Shown here piece after piece: positions 8,598 to 18,307 of a stretch of DNA of 61,972 bases. Below the pieces are notes generated by a model that saw nothing but the letters and a program-made list of their open reading frames with translations, did no database searches and was not told the DNA's origin. The DNA is from an uncultured Bacilli bacterium. Its GTDB lineage: Bacteria > Bacillota_I > Bacilli_A > RF39 > UBA660. How positions within the stretch are numbered: the first letter of the stretch is position 1; every line of letters starts with the position of its first letter. The stretch covers positions 1-61,972 of the forward strand of contig CAKPFH010000002.1 in NCBI GenBank assembly GCA_934153655.1. Direction: 5' to 3'. The position numbers were made by a program, and so were the translations under genes.

Positions 8598-11099
8598 ATG
8601 AAAAACAAAAAAATATATCCTACAGTTATTGCTTTAACATTTGTTGTAACTTTTATGATTATGGGAATTACTAATAAATCTTATTCTTATTCTGATAATG
8701 CAACTGGTAATATACCAAATGGTACAATTTACCGTTTAGTATCTAAAAATATGTATACCCATTATCATATTTCAAACACTGGTTTTAGAAATTCTGCAAG
8801 TGGAACTAAATTAATAAATTCTCCTACTTATGGTGAGGCTGTAGTTTATTGTGCGGAAGCTGGTAAAAAATTAGGTAATACAAATAAGAAATTAACTAGA
8901 TATTCTCTTGATAAAAGTGGTCTTAGTCAAGATAAACAAAATCAATTGAATGCTATGATGCAATATGCATATCCTTATATTACTTTAACCGAGTTAAAAC
9001 AAGTTCTTAAAAATCAAACAGATTATAATTTTGATAATTTAACAGCTCAAGAAGCTATAGCAGCTGTTCAAGCATCTATTTGGGCTATCGTAGAAGGTGA
9101 AAATGAACATTATTATAAAATTGATCGTTACATTGATACCAATGAATTAAAAAGTTTTAAATCATGTGAAGATTATTATAAAAATAAAATAGTAACCAGT
9201 GAAGAAGAAGCTTGGTATAAGAGTAGTGGTTGTTCTAAAACAGGTAATTTTTATAAATATGTTTATCAATCTACAAATAGTAGTGAGGCTATAAATAGAA
9301 TTAATCAATTATATTATTGGTATCGTGCTAAAGTTGCATATGGTAGTTATAATACTGCTAGTAATTATTATAAAGTTAAAAATAAAACCTTTAATGATGA
9401 TGGAACAGTTGAAATTGAAATAGACACTAATGTAACGAAATATAGTGGTATTTTTAAAGATAGTAGTGGTAATAAATTATATGAGTTTACAGAAAATCCA
9501 AGTAATAACAAATTTAAGTTTGAAGTTTCAGATACTGTTGATGTTATAATTGCTGAATTTGGTACTAATCATGGTAAATTAAATGTATCTATTTATAATT
9601 CAGGCAATAGTACCCAAGACTTTATAGGAGCTGATAGAACAATTGAATATAAAACTATTCAAATTACAAGAGATATTACTCCTGGTAAAATTATCATTTA
9701 TAAAGTAAAAGATAAAAAAGAAAATGTTCAAATTAAATATGATTTAAATGGTGTTGATGAAAGTATTTGTGGTGGTACTAAACAGGAATGTTTAAATGGA
9801 GCTAAATTTGAAATTTATTATAAAGATTATACTAAACCTAATAATTTACAAAAGGTAATTGTAACTAAATATTATGAAAGAATATCTTCAAGTAGTGAAG
9901 AAAAAAGTGATTCTAATTTAGAAAGTACCATTAAATCTAATGAATATGGATTTCAAACAGCAACTCTTACTGATTTACCACCAGGAAAATATTATATAAA
10001 AGAAACTCGTGCTCCAATTGGCTATGATGTTTATGATTATAACACAACTAATGTTGATAAAAATGGTTATATTGAAGTAGAAGTAAAAGCTGGTAAAACA
10101 ACTTCTGTTATTGTTAACAATAATGAAAGTAAAATTTGTTTTAGTAAAGTAGAAACAGGTACTAAAGATAAAATCTTAGATGGTGCAACTATTCAAATAT
10201 ACGATACTTTTGATGAAGTTTTATATGCTGATTTTAATACTTCTAGCACAGAAGGTGCTAAATGTTTAACTAATTTACAATTTGGAGATTATTATTTAGA
10301 TGAAATAGTAGCTCCTCCTAATTATGTTAAACCAGGTACTAGATATCATTTTGTTTATCGTAGTAAAGCTGATACATCATCATCTGATACTTCTTTAGAT
10401 AAAGATGTTATAGAACTTGAAGTTGTAAATAACCATGTTTATATTGAAAATGATCCAGGTGTATATGTTACTAAAAGTGATGCATCAACTGGTAAATGTC
10501 TAGAAGGTGCTAAATTAACGATTAAGGATAAAGATGGTAAAGTAGTTGATGAATGGACATCAACTTGTAAAAAAGCTGATGGAACTGGAGAAGACAGTCA
10601 TCAAATCACTCTTAAACCTGGTACTTATACTTTAATTGAAACATCAGCACCAAATGGTTATGCAACAGCAGAATCAATTGAATTTACAATCAACGAAAAT
10701 GGTAAAGTTGATAAAACTCTTGATATGAAAGATGCTCCTTTAGAAGCATGTATTAAAAAAGTATCTAAAGATGGTCAAGAATTATCTGGAGCAACCTTTG
10801 AAATATATGATAAAAATAATACTTTAGTTGATACTATTCAAGGTAATACTTGTTTAAATTTACCAATAGGTGAGTATACAGTTAAAGAAACCAAAGCTCC
10901 AGATGGATATCAAAAAGCCAATGATACCGTTATTAAAGTAGTTGATAAAGGAACATCACAAGTATTTGAAATAATAAATGAATTAGAAGTACCAAAAACT
11001 TCTCTTGATGCTTCTAAAGTTATTTTAATGATAGCTTCTATATTCATAATATTTGGCTTAGGATTGGTTGGTTATTATGTTTATCAACAAAAACATTAA
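8598..11099 (+). CDS. Wall-anchored adhesin: N-terminal thioester domain plus four SpaA/CnaB-type (prealbumin-like) domains, with a VPKTS sorting signal
   Basis: ATG at 8598 behind GAGAGG. Thioester-type Cys in VVYC87AEAG and Gln in AAVQ160ASIW (numbering from the 8592 ORF). A repeated pattern G(A)x(F/L)xI(Y/K)D...PxGxYxxxETxAPxGY occurs four times. The C-terminus is VPKTS + hydrophobic helix + QQKH. Confidence 0.75.
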   Translation: MKNKKIYPTVIALTFVVTFMIMGITNKSYSYSDNATGNIPNGTIYRLVSKNMYTHYHISNTGFRNSASGTKLINSPTYGEAVVYCAEAGKKLGNTNKKLTRYSLDKSGLSQDKQNQLNAMMQYAYPYITLTELKQVLKNQTDYNFDNLTAQEAIAAVQASIWAIVEGENEHYYKIDRYIDTNELKSFKSCEDYYKNKIVTSEEEAWYKSSGCSKTGNFYKYVYQSTNSSEAINRINQLYYWYRAKVAYGSYNTASNYYKVKNKTFNDDGTVEIEIDTNVTKYSGIFKDSSGNKLYEFTENPSNNKFKFEVSDTVDVIIAEFGTNHGKLNVSIYNSGNSTQDFIGADRTIEYKTIQITRDITPGKIIIYKVKDKKENVQIKYDLNGVDESICGGTKQECLNGAKFEIYYKDYTKPNNLQKVIVTKYYERISSSSEEKSDSNLESTIKSNEYGFQTATLTDLPPGKYYIKETRAPIGYDVYDYNTTNVDKNGYIEVEVKAGKTTSVIVNNNESKICFSKVETGTKDKILDGATIQIYDTFDEVLYADFNTSSTEGAKCLTNLQFGDYYLDEIVAPPNYVKPGTRYHFVYRSKADTSSSDTSLDKDVIELEVVNNHVYIENDPGVYVTKSDASTGKCLEGAKLTIKDKDGKVVDEWTSTCKKADGTGEDSHQITLKPGTYTLIETSAPNGYATAESIEFTINENGKVDKTLDMKDAPLEACIKKVSKDGQELSGATFEIYDKNNTLVDTIQGNTCLNLPIGEYTVKETKAPDGYQKANDTVIKVVDKGTSQVFEIINELEVPKTSLDASKVILMIASIFIIFGLGLVGYYVYQQKH

Positions 11100-11727
11100 A
11101 CAAGAAGAGATCATGCTTATAGTAGGATCTCTCCTTTTACTTATAGCTTTAATTTTATTTCATTATGAAAAGATATTAACAGTTAATAATGAAATTTATA
11201 ATGATATTCAAGCCAATATTTATAAAGAAAAAAATAGTATAAATATAACCCTTGATGTTGATGTTGACTATGTAACTGATGATACTAAACAAGAAGAAAT
11301 AATTAATAAACCTGAAATTAATTATATGGCTTTTTTAGAAATACCTAAAATTAATTTAAAACAAGGAATATTATCTAAAAACTCATATTACAACAATGTT
11401 AATTATCATGTAGAAGTTTTAAATATCTCTGATTTACCAGATAAAGTAAATGGAAACTTTATTCTAGCAGGTCATTCAGGTACTAGTAATATAGCTTATT
11501 TTAGAAATTTATATAAATTAGAAAATAATGATTTAGCTTATATTCTTTATAATAATAAAAAATATTCTTATAAAGTAGTAAATATTTATAAACAAGAAAA
11601 AAAAGGAAGTTTAACTATTTATCGTGATCTTAATAAAAGTACTTTAACTTTAATTACATGTACTAAAGATGATAAAACTAGTCAAACTGTCTATATATTA
11701 GAATTAATTGGGGTAGAAACCTATTAG
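11068..11727 (+). CDS. Sortase (transpeptidase) adjacent to the adhesin
   Basis: N-terminal TM segment, ILAGHSG (catalytic His) and TLTLITC198 (catalytic Cys). The start is uncertain (11068, 11077 or 11113). Confidence 0.75.
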   Translation: MVIMFINKNIKQEEIMLIVGSLLLLIALILFHYEKILTVNNEIYNDIQANIYKEKNSINITLDVDVDYVTDDTKQEEIINKPEINYMAFLEIPKINLKQGILSKNSYYNNVNYHVEVLNISDLPDKVNGNFILAGHSGTSNIAYFRNLYKLENNDLAYILYNNKKYSYKVVNIYKQEKKGSLTIYRDLNKSTLTLITCTKDDKTSQTVYILELIGVETY

Positions 11728-11735
11728 GAGGTAGT

Positions 11736-12227
11736 ATGAATGATCCTTTTATGATTAGTAGTATTATATTAGCTTTAACTTTTATGTTCTTATTAATTTA
11801 TAATTATAATTTAAAAAGTAAAGTTTTAAAAATAATATTTCTTATATTATCATTTATATATTTATTTTTAATTATTTTATTTGATAATAAATATGTCTAT
11901 GATTTATTAAAATTTCTAATTACTTATATATGGTATCCAAATTATTTATTATTTGTTACTACTATTTTAATAAGTATAATTAACTTTATTTATACTTTAT
12001 TAACTAATCTAAGTTATAAAAGAAAATTAATTAATTATTTTCTCTTTTGCTTAAATTTTTCTTGCTATATTATCTTTTTAAGAATGAATATAGATTTAGA
12101 TATTTATAGTAGTTATTATTCTTCTAATTCTTTAACTATTTTAAGAATTAGTTCTCTTAGTTTTTTAATATGGTTTATTTTAACTATGATATTTAAATTT
12201 TTAGATCGAGGTAAAAATGAAAAGTAG
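11736..12227 (+). CDS. Polytopic membrane protein, unknown function
   Basis: RBS AGGAGG. About 5 hydrophobic helices. No recognisable motif. Confidence 0.5.
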   Translation: MNDPFMISSIILALTFMFLLIYNYNLKSKVLKIIFLILSFIYLFLIILFDNKYVYDLLKFLITYIWYPNYLLFVTTILISIINFIYTLLTNLSYKRKLINYFLFCLNFSCYIIFLRMNIDLDIYSSYYSSNSLTILRISSLSFLIWFILTMIFKFLDRGKNEK

Positions 12228-12615
12228 ATATTTATTTATGAAAATATTAGGTTTAATCTTAGTAATAGTTGGATTTAGTTATTCTATAACAAGTTTTTAT
12301 AATTTTTTTGAATATATATTTGGTTATAAAATATATTTTGAAAATTTAAATATTTATTTAGCAATAATAGGTCTTATAGTACCTGTATATGTTTTTGTTT
12401 ATGGGGTTTATTTTTATTTTTATACTGATTTTAATATAACAAAGGTTAATAAGTTTTTGCTAATAAATAATGTTTGTTTTTTACTTATAAGTTTAGGTAT
12501 GAATATTTTAAAAAATAGTTTAGATATATTTACTTTTATTCATATTTCTTTTAGTTATTGTTTATTTATTTTAGCTATTATTGGTATATATGGTTGTATG
12601 AAGTATAAATATTGA
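12217..12615 (+). CDS. Polytopic membrane protein, unknown function
   Basis: RBS GAGGT. Overlaps the upstream gene by 11 nt. About 4 hydrophobic helices. Confidence 0.5.
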   Translation: MKSRYLFMKILGLILVIVGFSYSITSFYNFFEYIFGYKIYFENLNIYLAIIGLIVPVYVFVYGVYFYFYTDFNITKVNKFLLINNVCFLLISLGMNILKNSLDIFTFIHISFSYCLFILAIIGIYGCMKYKY

Positions 12616-12717
12616 TTTACATGTTTAGACAAATTTTGTTTGACTTAGATATTTAATTTTGATATTATTGATAATGTGCGTAAAAATTTGGCACATGATT
12701 GAGGTGTTTTATCAATA

Positions 12718-13722
12718 ATGAAATCAGATAATAATTTAAGTTGCCCCCGGTATAATAATTTAATTATTAGTATCTTGACTTTAGTTTTTTGTTTAAATTT
12801 TAATCAAGAAAAAATAGTTAGTTTAAAGGGTAGTAGTAATTCTTTAAGACCTATTTATGAGATTAATAATGAAGTTGTTTTAGAAAGTATTAATAATGTA
12901 ACAACTGCTGTTGTAACTAAAAAAGAAGTACAAAGTCAAAATACATATCATAATTATTATGTTAGGCCAAGCTATAATAGTTTAACAGGTGCTAATTTAG
13001 TAAACTATGCTAAGAAGTATTTAGGTTTACCTTATATTCCAGCTGGTTCATCTTTAGCAAGTGGAACAGATTGTAGTGGTTTTACAAGACTTATCTTTCA
13101 AGAGTTTGGTATTGGCTTAGGAAGAACTGTTGCAAGTCAACTTTATAGTGGGTCTTATGTTGCTAAGGAAGACTTAAGACCTGGTGATTTAGTCTTTTAT
13201 GGTTATTCACAAGGTTATTCAAGTCATGTGGCAATTTATGTAGGTGATGGTTTGATTATTCATGAATCAAATCCAAGAGATGGAGTTAAAATTAGTTCCG
13301 TTAATATCATGGTTTATCAAACAGCTAGAAGATTAATAACGGAAAATGTTGTAAGTAATGTTAAACAAGTTGAAGAAGTTAAAAATGATAACCATGAAGA
13401 AACCAAAGAAGTTCCATCAGATACTAAAGAAATTATTAACGATAATAATAATAGTAGTAGTGATACTTCTTTAGATTTAAAAAAAGATGAGAAAATCGAA
13501 GAAATTAAAAAAGAAGAAACTAAAGAAGATATAAAAAATGAAGAAGTAGTAGAGGTAAAAGAACCAGATGATGTTAAAGAAAATTTGAATGAAGAAAAAG
13601 AAGAAAATAATACTTTAACAGATGTTAAATCTAGTTTGGAAGAAACAATAACTGACACAAATGAAAGTACTACTACAGAAATCAAAGAAAATAATATAGA
13701 TGTTGATAATTCAACAAATTAA
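12718..13722 (+). CDS. NlpC/P60-family peptidoglycan endopeptidase with acidic low-complexity C-terminus
   Basis: GTDCSGFTRLIF (catalytic Cys), SHVAIYVGDGLIIHES (His) and an E/K/D-rich tail. A TTGACT-17-TATTAT promoter lies upstream. Confidence 0.8.
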   Translation: MKSDNNLSCPRYNNLIISILTLVFCLNFNQEKIVSLKGSSNSLRPIYEINNEVVLESINNVTTAVVTKKEVQSQNTYHNYYVRPSYNSLTGANLVNYAKKYLGLPYIPAGSSLASGTDCSGFTRLIFQEFGIGLGRTVASQLYSGSYVAKEDLRPGDLVFYGYSQGYSSHVAIYVGDGLIIHESNPRDGVKISSVNIMVYQTARRLITENVVSNVKQVEEVKNDNHEETKEVPSDTKEIINDNNNSSSDTSLDLKKDEKIEEIKKEETKEDIKNEEVVEVKEPDDVKENLNEEKEENNTLTDVKSSLEETITDTNESTTTEIKENNIDVDNSTN

Positions 13723-13742
13723 GAAAAAAATTTAAAAAGGTA

Positions 13743-13771
13743 TTGTCAAAACAATAATGTTGTTGTATAAT
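13743..13771 (+). promoter_or_regulatory. Sigma-A-like promoter for tRNA-Arg
   Basis: TTGTCA - 17 nt - TATAAT, ending 13 nt before the tRNA 5' end. Confidence 0.45.
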
Positions 13772-13784
13772 ATCTTTGTAATTT

Positions 13785-13861
<77 letters not shown>

Positions 13862-13872
13862 TATTGTAATTT

Positions 13873-13896
13873 AACCCTTATTTTTAAGGGTTTTAT
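13873..13896 (+). terminator. Terminator hairpin after tRNA-Arg
   Basis: AACCCTTA tttt TAAGGGTT, followed by a T-rich stretch. Confidence 0.55.
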
Positions 13897-13974
13897 TATA
13901 CCTAAAGGAATTTGAACCCCTTTATTTTATAAATTTTATATAAAATTTGATTATAAAAAAATAATCATTTTTTA

Positions 13975-13998
13975 TTTTTTCCGTCATTTTTTCCGTCA
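13975..13998. repeat. Perfect tandem duplication of a 12-mer, TTTTTTCCGTCA x2
   Basis: Read directly from the sequence. The two copies are 13975-13986 and 13987-13998. Confidence 0.7.
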
Positions 13999-14126
13999 CT
14001 TTATACCTACTCAAAGAAAGTATTAGGTATTTTTTAGATTTTATTATAGAAAATATTAAATCTACTTATTTTTAAATATACTTTACTTTTAACCCATAAT
14101 TTTATAAAATTAAAGTGAGGTGAAAC

Positions 14127-14807
14127 ATGAATATAGATATAGAAAAATATTTAGATTTAGATAAAACTATTACTAAAACTTATTTATTAAAATATGGTTA
14201 TCCAGAAATTCTAAATCATATTAAAGAAATAATAATTAAACTTGGTAATAATTTAGGAAGTGATTATAAAAAAATAGGTGATGATGTTTGGCTTCATCAA
14301 AGTGTAAAATTAGCTAACAATGTTAATATAACTGGTCCATGTATAATTGGAGAAAACTCAGAACTAAGACCAGGTGCATATATTAGAGGTAGTGTAATAA
14401 TAGGAAATAATTCAGTTATTGGAAATTCAACTGAACTTAAAAATGCTATTTTATTTGATGGTGTTAAAGTTCCTCACTTTAATTATATAGGAGACTCCGT
14501 TTTAGGTTATAAAGTTCATTTTGGAGCCGGTAGTATAACTAGTAATGTTAAAAGTGATGAATCTTTAGTTAGTTTGGTAATAAATGAGGGAAAAGTTTTA
14601 ACTAATAGAAAAAAAATAGGAGCTTTAGTAGGAGATATGACTGAAATTGGTTGCAATGCTGTTTTAACTCCTGGAACAATAATAGGAAGAAATACAACTA
14701 TTTATCCCCTTGTTATGGTTCGAGGCTTAATTAAAGAAAACTCAATTGTTAAAAAAGAAGATGTTATAGTTAGAAAGGTTAAACATGAAGATTTACCTAG
14801 ACTTTGA
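14127..14807 (+). CDS. Hexapeptide-repeat (left-handed beta-helix) transferase family protein
   Basis: RBS GAGGTGA. Successive [LIV]-G-x4 hexapeptide turns (ITGPCIIGENSELRPGAYIRGSVIIGNNSVIGNS...). Confidence 0.6.
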   Translation: MNIDIEKYLDLDKTITKTYLLKYGYPEILNHIKEIIIKLGNNLGSDYKKIGDDVWLHQSVKLANNVNITGPCIIGENSELRPGAYIRGSVIIGNNSVIGNSTELKNAILFDGVKVPHFNYIGDSVLGYKVHFGAGSITSNVKSDESLVSLVINEGKVLTNRKKIGALVGDMTEIGCNAVLTPGTIIGRNTTIYPLVMVRGLIKENSIVKKEDVIVRKVKHEDLPRL

Positions 14808-15351
14808 TGGAACTTTATTTAATACTGATAAATTTTACCAAGACTATCTTAAATTACTTCAAGAATATAATATAGATGAACTTACAATTAATAAGATTAA
14901 ACCTAAACTATTTAAATCATCTTTGTTTAATCTAGATATTTTAACTAATTATTTAGTTAAAGAATATAATATAAATAATAATATTTTAGCAAGAGTAAAT
15001 AACTTATATAATAGTAGTTATGTTTTTAAAGATGTTATTCCTTTTTTAGAAAAATATAATAATTTAGAAATTAATTTATTAACTTATGGAGACTATAATT
15101 ATCAATTAAAAAAAATAGAAGGATCTAACTTAAAAAAATATTTTAAAAATATAATTATAACTGATAAAGATAAATCTAAACTTAATCTTGATTATCAAAC
15201 TAATTTATTTATTGATAATAATCCTAAAGAAATTAAAAAGTTTTTAGAAGTATCTAATCAGGTTATTAGAATAAGGAGAGAAGAAGATAAATATTCTAAA
15301 TTAGATAGTAATTCTTTAGAATATAAAAGTTTATTAGATATAAATTTATAA
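14785..15351 (+). CDS. HAD-superfamily hydrolase
   Basis: Motif I is MKIYLDFDGTLF. A late IDN acidic motif is present. Overlaps the upstream gene by 23 nt. Confidence 0.6.
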   Translation: MKIYLDFDGTLFNTDKFYQDYLKLLQEYNIDELTINKIKPKLFKSSLFNLDILTNYLVKEYNINNNILARVNNLYNSSYVFKDVIPFLEKYNNLEINLLTYGDYNYQLKKIEGSNLKKYFKNIIITDKDKSKLNLDYQTNLFIDNNPKEIKKFLEVSNQVIRIRREEDKYSKLDSNSLEYKSLLDINL

Positions 15352-15401
15352 TAAAAAATGAAAAATTAATTAATTCTTACATATATTTAAGTGGTGAGTA
15401 T

Positions 15402-17309
15402 ATGTTTAATAAAAAAATAGATAGTAGGATTAAATTAATATTTCTTTTTTTTATATCTTTTTTTGTAGTTATCTTTTTAAAAGTTGTTTATATAGAAATG
15501 GTTGACTATAAAAAATTATCAAGTTTAGCTCTTGATTTATGGAGTAGAGATTTACCAATTGAAGCTAATCGAGGTTTAATATTAGATAGAAATGGAGTAG
15601 TTTTAGCAGATAATATTACAACTACTAGTTTAGTTCTTGTACCAAGTCAAATAAAAAACAAAGAAGAAGTTAGTAAAACTTTAGCAAGTATTTTAAATGT
15701 TAGCCTTGATGAAATGAAAAAACATGTTTATAAAAACACTTCAATTGAAAGAGTTCATCCTGAAGGAAGACGACTTGATTATGAAACAGCTGATAAAATT
15801 GAAAGTTATAAATATGATGGGGTATACCTAGTTAAGGAATCTAAAAGATATTATCCTTATGGAACAACTTTATCTCATGTTTTAGGTTATGTTGGAATTG
15901 ATAATCAAGGACTAGGGGGAATAGAACTTATTTATGATAAATATTTAACTGGAGAAAATGGAGCGATTAAGTATTTTAGTGATGCTAAAGGAAATAAAAT
16001 TAATTTATCGGAAATATATTTAGAACCAGCAAGTGGTATGAATATAACTTTAACCATTGATATAAATATCCAACTTTCTTTAGAAAGGGAACTTAATAAT
16101 GTTGAAAGTACTTTAAAACCTGATAATTCTTTAGCTTTAGTAATTGATCCTAATACAGGTGAAATATTAGCAATGGCAAGTAGACCTACTTTTAATCCTA
16201 ATAGTTATAAATTATTTACAACTGAGGTATTAAATCGTAATTTACCAATTTGGATGACTTATGAACCAGGTTCAACTTTTAAAATTATTACCATGTCATC
16301 AGCCGTGGAAGAAAAAGTAATTGATATTTATAATGATCATTTCTATGATTCAGGAAGTGTTCATATAAATGGCACAAGAATTGGTTGTTGGAAATCAAAA
16401 GGACATGGTGATCAAACATTTTTACAAGTTTTAGAAAATTCTTGTAATCCAGGATTTGTTAAACTTGGTCAACTTCTTGGTAAAGAAAGATTGTTTTCCT
16501 ATTTTGATTTATTTGGATTTGGTTCTAAAACGGGAATAGATTTAAATGGGGAAGCAGCTGGTATTATGTTTCCTCTTGAAAAAGTAGGAGAATTGGAACT
16601 AGTAACTTCAGCGTTTGGCCAAGGAATAAGTGTAACACCTATTCAACAAGTAGTAGCCGTTTCAAGCGTTGTAAACGGAGGTAATTTATATAAACCATAT
16701 ATTGTTAAAAGTGTTAATGAACCTATTACTAATAGTGTAATTCTTGAAAATAAAACTAAATTTGTTAGAAAAACTATCAGTAAAGAAACGAGTGAAATTA
16801 TGAAATATGCTCTTGAAAGTGTTGTAGCTAGAGGTGGAGGAAGATATGCTTATATTGATGGGTATAGAGTAGGAGGAAAAACCGGAACGGCTCAAAAAGT
16901 AAAAAATGGAGCTTATTTAGTTAATAACTATATTATGTCTTTTATGTCAGTTGTTCCAAGTAATAACCCAGAAGCCATTTTATATGTTGCTATTGATAAT
17001 CCGAAAAATACAGCTCTTTTATCAAGTTATACAACAGCTCCTGTTGCTAGAAAAATCTTACTTGATATAATTGATGCTTTAGACATTAAACGCCAAGAAA
17101 ATCAAATAGAAAAAGTTAAGTATTGGGACGATGAAGTATACTATGTCTTACCAAATGTTGTTGGTAAAACTAAAAAAGAAGCTGTTAAAGATTTATTTTA
17201 TTATAATATTGAATATTCCGGATCAGGTGATGTTGTTCTAACTCAAAGTCCAAAAGAAGGAACTTACTTAGCAGCTGGTTCTACCGTTAGAATCTTATTA
17301 GGAAATTAG
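15402..17309 (+). CDS. Class B penicillin-binding protein (PBP2B/SpoVD/FtsI-like) with C-terminal PASTA domain
   Basis: N-terminal TM segment. Motifs GSTFK, SCN (ENSCNPG) and KTGTA. C-terminal PASTA-like LPNVVGKTKKEAVKDL... Confidence 0.85.
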   Translation: MFNKKIDSRIKLIFLFFISFFVVIFLKVVYIEMVDYKKLSSLALDLWSRDLPIEANRGLILDRNGVVLADNITTTSLVLVPSQIKNKEEVSKTLASILNVSLDEMKKHVYKNTSIERVHPEGRRLDYETADKIESYKYDGVYLVKESKRYYPYGTTLSHVLGYVGIDNQGLGGIELIYDKYLTGENGAIKYFSDAKGNKINLSEIYLEPASGMNITLTIDINIQLSLERELNNVESTLKPDNSLALVIDPNTGEILAMASRPTFNPNSYKLFTTEVLNRNLPIWMTYEPGSTFKIITMSSAVEEKVIDIYNDHFYDSGSVHINGTRIGCWKSKGHGDQTFLQVLENSCNPGFVKLGQLLGKERLFSYFDLFGFGSKTGIDLNGEAAGIMFPLEKVGELELVTSAFGQGISVTPIQQVVAVSSVVNGGNLYKPYIVKSVNEPITNSVILENKTKFVRKTISKETSEIMKYALESVVARGGGRYAYIDGYRVGGKTGTAQKVKNGAYLVNNYIMSFMSVVPSNNPEAILYVAIDNPKNTALLSSYTTAPVARKILLDIIDALDIKRQENQIEKVKYWDDEVYYVLPNVVGKTKKEAVKDLFYYNIEYSGSGDVVLTQSPKEGTYLAAGSTVRILLGN

Positions 17310-17395
17310 ATTTAAAAAAAAACTAATTTCTTTTTATTAACCAATTGCTTATTCTAATTACATTTGTTATAATATAAAAGAATTGGGAGAAGAAT

Positions 17396-18295
17396 ATGTC
17401 GAAATTTGATAAAGATTATTTAACCTTATGTGAAAAAATTTTAAATGAAGGGGTTGAGGTAGAAAATAGAACAGGTATTAATACAATTAAAATACCAGGT
17501 TACTTTTTTGAATTTGATTTACAAAAAGAATTTCCTATTTTAACAACCAAACAATTATTTTTTAAAAATGCTATTACAGAACTTTTATGGATATATCAAG
17601 AACAAAGTAATGATGTAAGATGGTTAAAAGAAAGAAATAATCATATTTGGGATGAATGGGAAATAGATGATAATGGTTTATGGCATGCAACTCAAAATGT
17701 CTTAGAAGATGGTAAATTAGTAAAAAAAGAAGTAACTAAGAAATTTGATAAAAAATATGCTCATACGATAGGAACTGCCTATGGTTATATTGTTAAAAAA
17801 TATCATTTAATTGATGAGTTGATTGAAAAAATTAAAAATAATCCAACGGATAGAAGAATGATTATGAGTTTATGGCAAAATGAATTCTTGGAAACTGCGG
17901 TTTTACCATCATGTGTTTGGTGTAGTGAATGGGATGTAACTGATGGTTATTTAAATTGTATGGTTCATCAAAGATCATGTGATGTTCCTTTAGGACTTCC
18001 TTTTAATATAACGCAATATGCAACCCTTCTTTGTATGATAGCTCAAGTTACTAATTTAAAACCAGGTAAACTTTTCTGGACGATAAAAGATGCTCATATC
18101 TATGTTAATCAAATAGATGGAATTAAAGAGCAAATTAGAAGAGGAAAAGAACTAGAAGACTTAGAGGCTCCTAAACTTTGGTTAAATCCTGAAATTAAAG
18201 ATTTTTATAAATTTGATAATTCAAGAGAATTAAAAGATATTAAAATAGTTGATTATAAACACCATGGAAAAATCGAATTTCCATTGGCACAATAA
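17396..18295 (+). CDS. thyA: Thymidylate synthase
   Basis: DRRMIMSLW, LPSCVW (catalytic Cys) and HQRSCDVPLGLPFNI. Confidence 0.9.
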   Translation: MSKFDKDYLTLCEKILNEGVEVENRTGINTIKIPGYFFEFDLQKEFPILTTKQLFFKNAITELLWIYQEQSNDVRWLKERNNHIWDEWEIDDNGLWHATQNVLEDGKLVKKEVTKKFDKKYAHTIGTAYGYIVKKYHLIDELIEKIKNNPTDRRMIMSLWQNEFLETAVLPSCVWCSEWDVTDGYLNCMVHQRSCDVPLGLPFNITQYATLLCMIAQVTNLKPGKLFWTIKDAHIYVNQIDGIKEQIRRGKELEDLEAPKLWLNPEIKDFYKFDNSRELKDIKIVDYKHHGKIEFPLAQ

Positions 18296-18307
18296 AATGG
18301 AGGTAAT

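Noticed and set aside
12616-12717. A riboswitch (for example the c-di-AMP ydaO type) upstream of the NlpC/P60 gene
   Set aside because: The spacer is only about 100 nt. It is mostly occupied by a TTGACT-17-TATTAT promoter and a 6-bp palindrome, and no conserved riboswitch core is visible.
13317-13685. 122-aa minus-strand ORF rich in S/L/F. The same applies to 736-975, 2808-3023, 3445-3636, 16686-16895, 25106-25378, 30672-30869, 31743-32003, 35405-35602, 37106-37288, 44677-44871, 48728-48976, 56519-56704 and 59764-60012
   Set aside because: All lie antisense inside well-supported plus-strand genes, often opposite E/K/D low-complexity coding sequence. They have biased composition and no RBS.
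13897-13925. GGAATTTGAACCCC after tRNA-Arg as a duplicated tRNA 3' end (att repeat)
   Set aside because: The resemblance to the T-arm GGTTCGAATCCC is only partial, and no acceptor-stem copy follows. This is insufficient for an att site.
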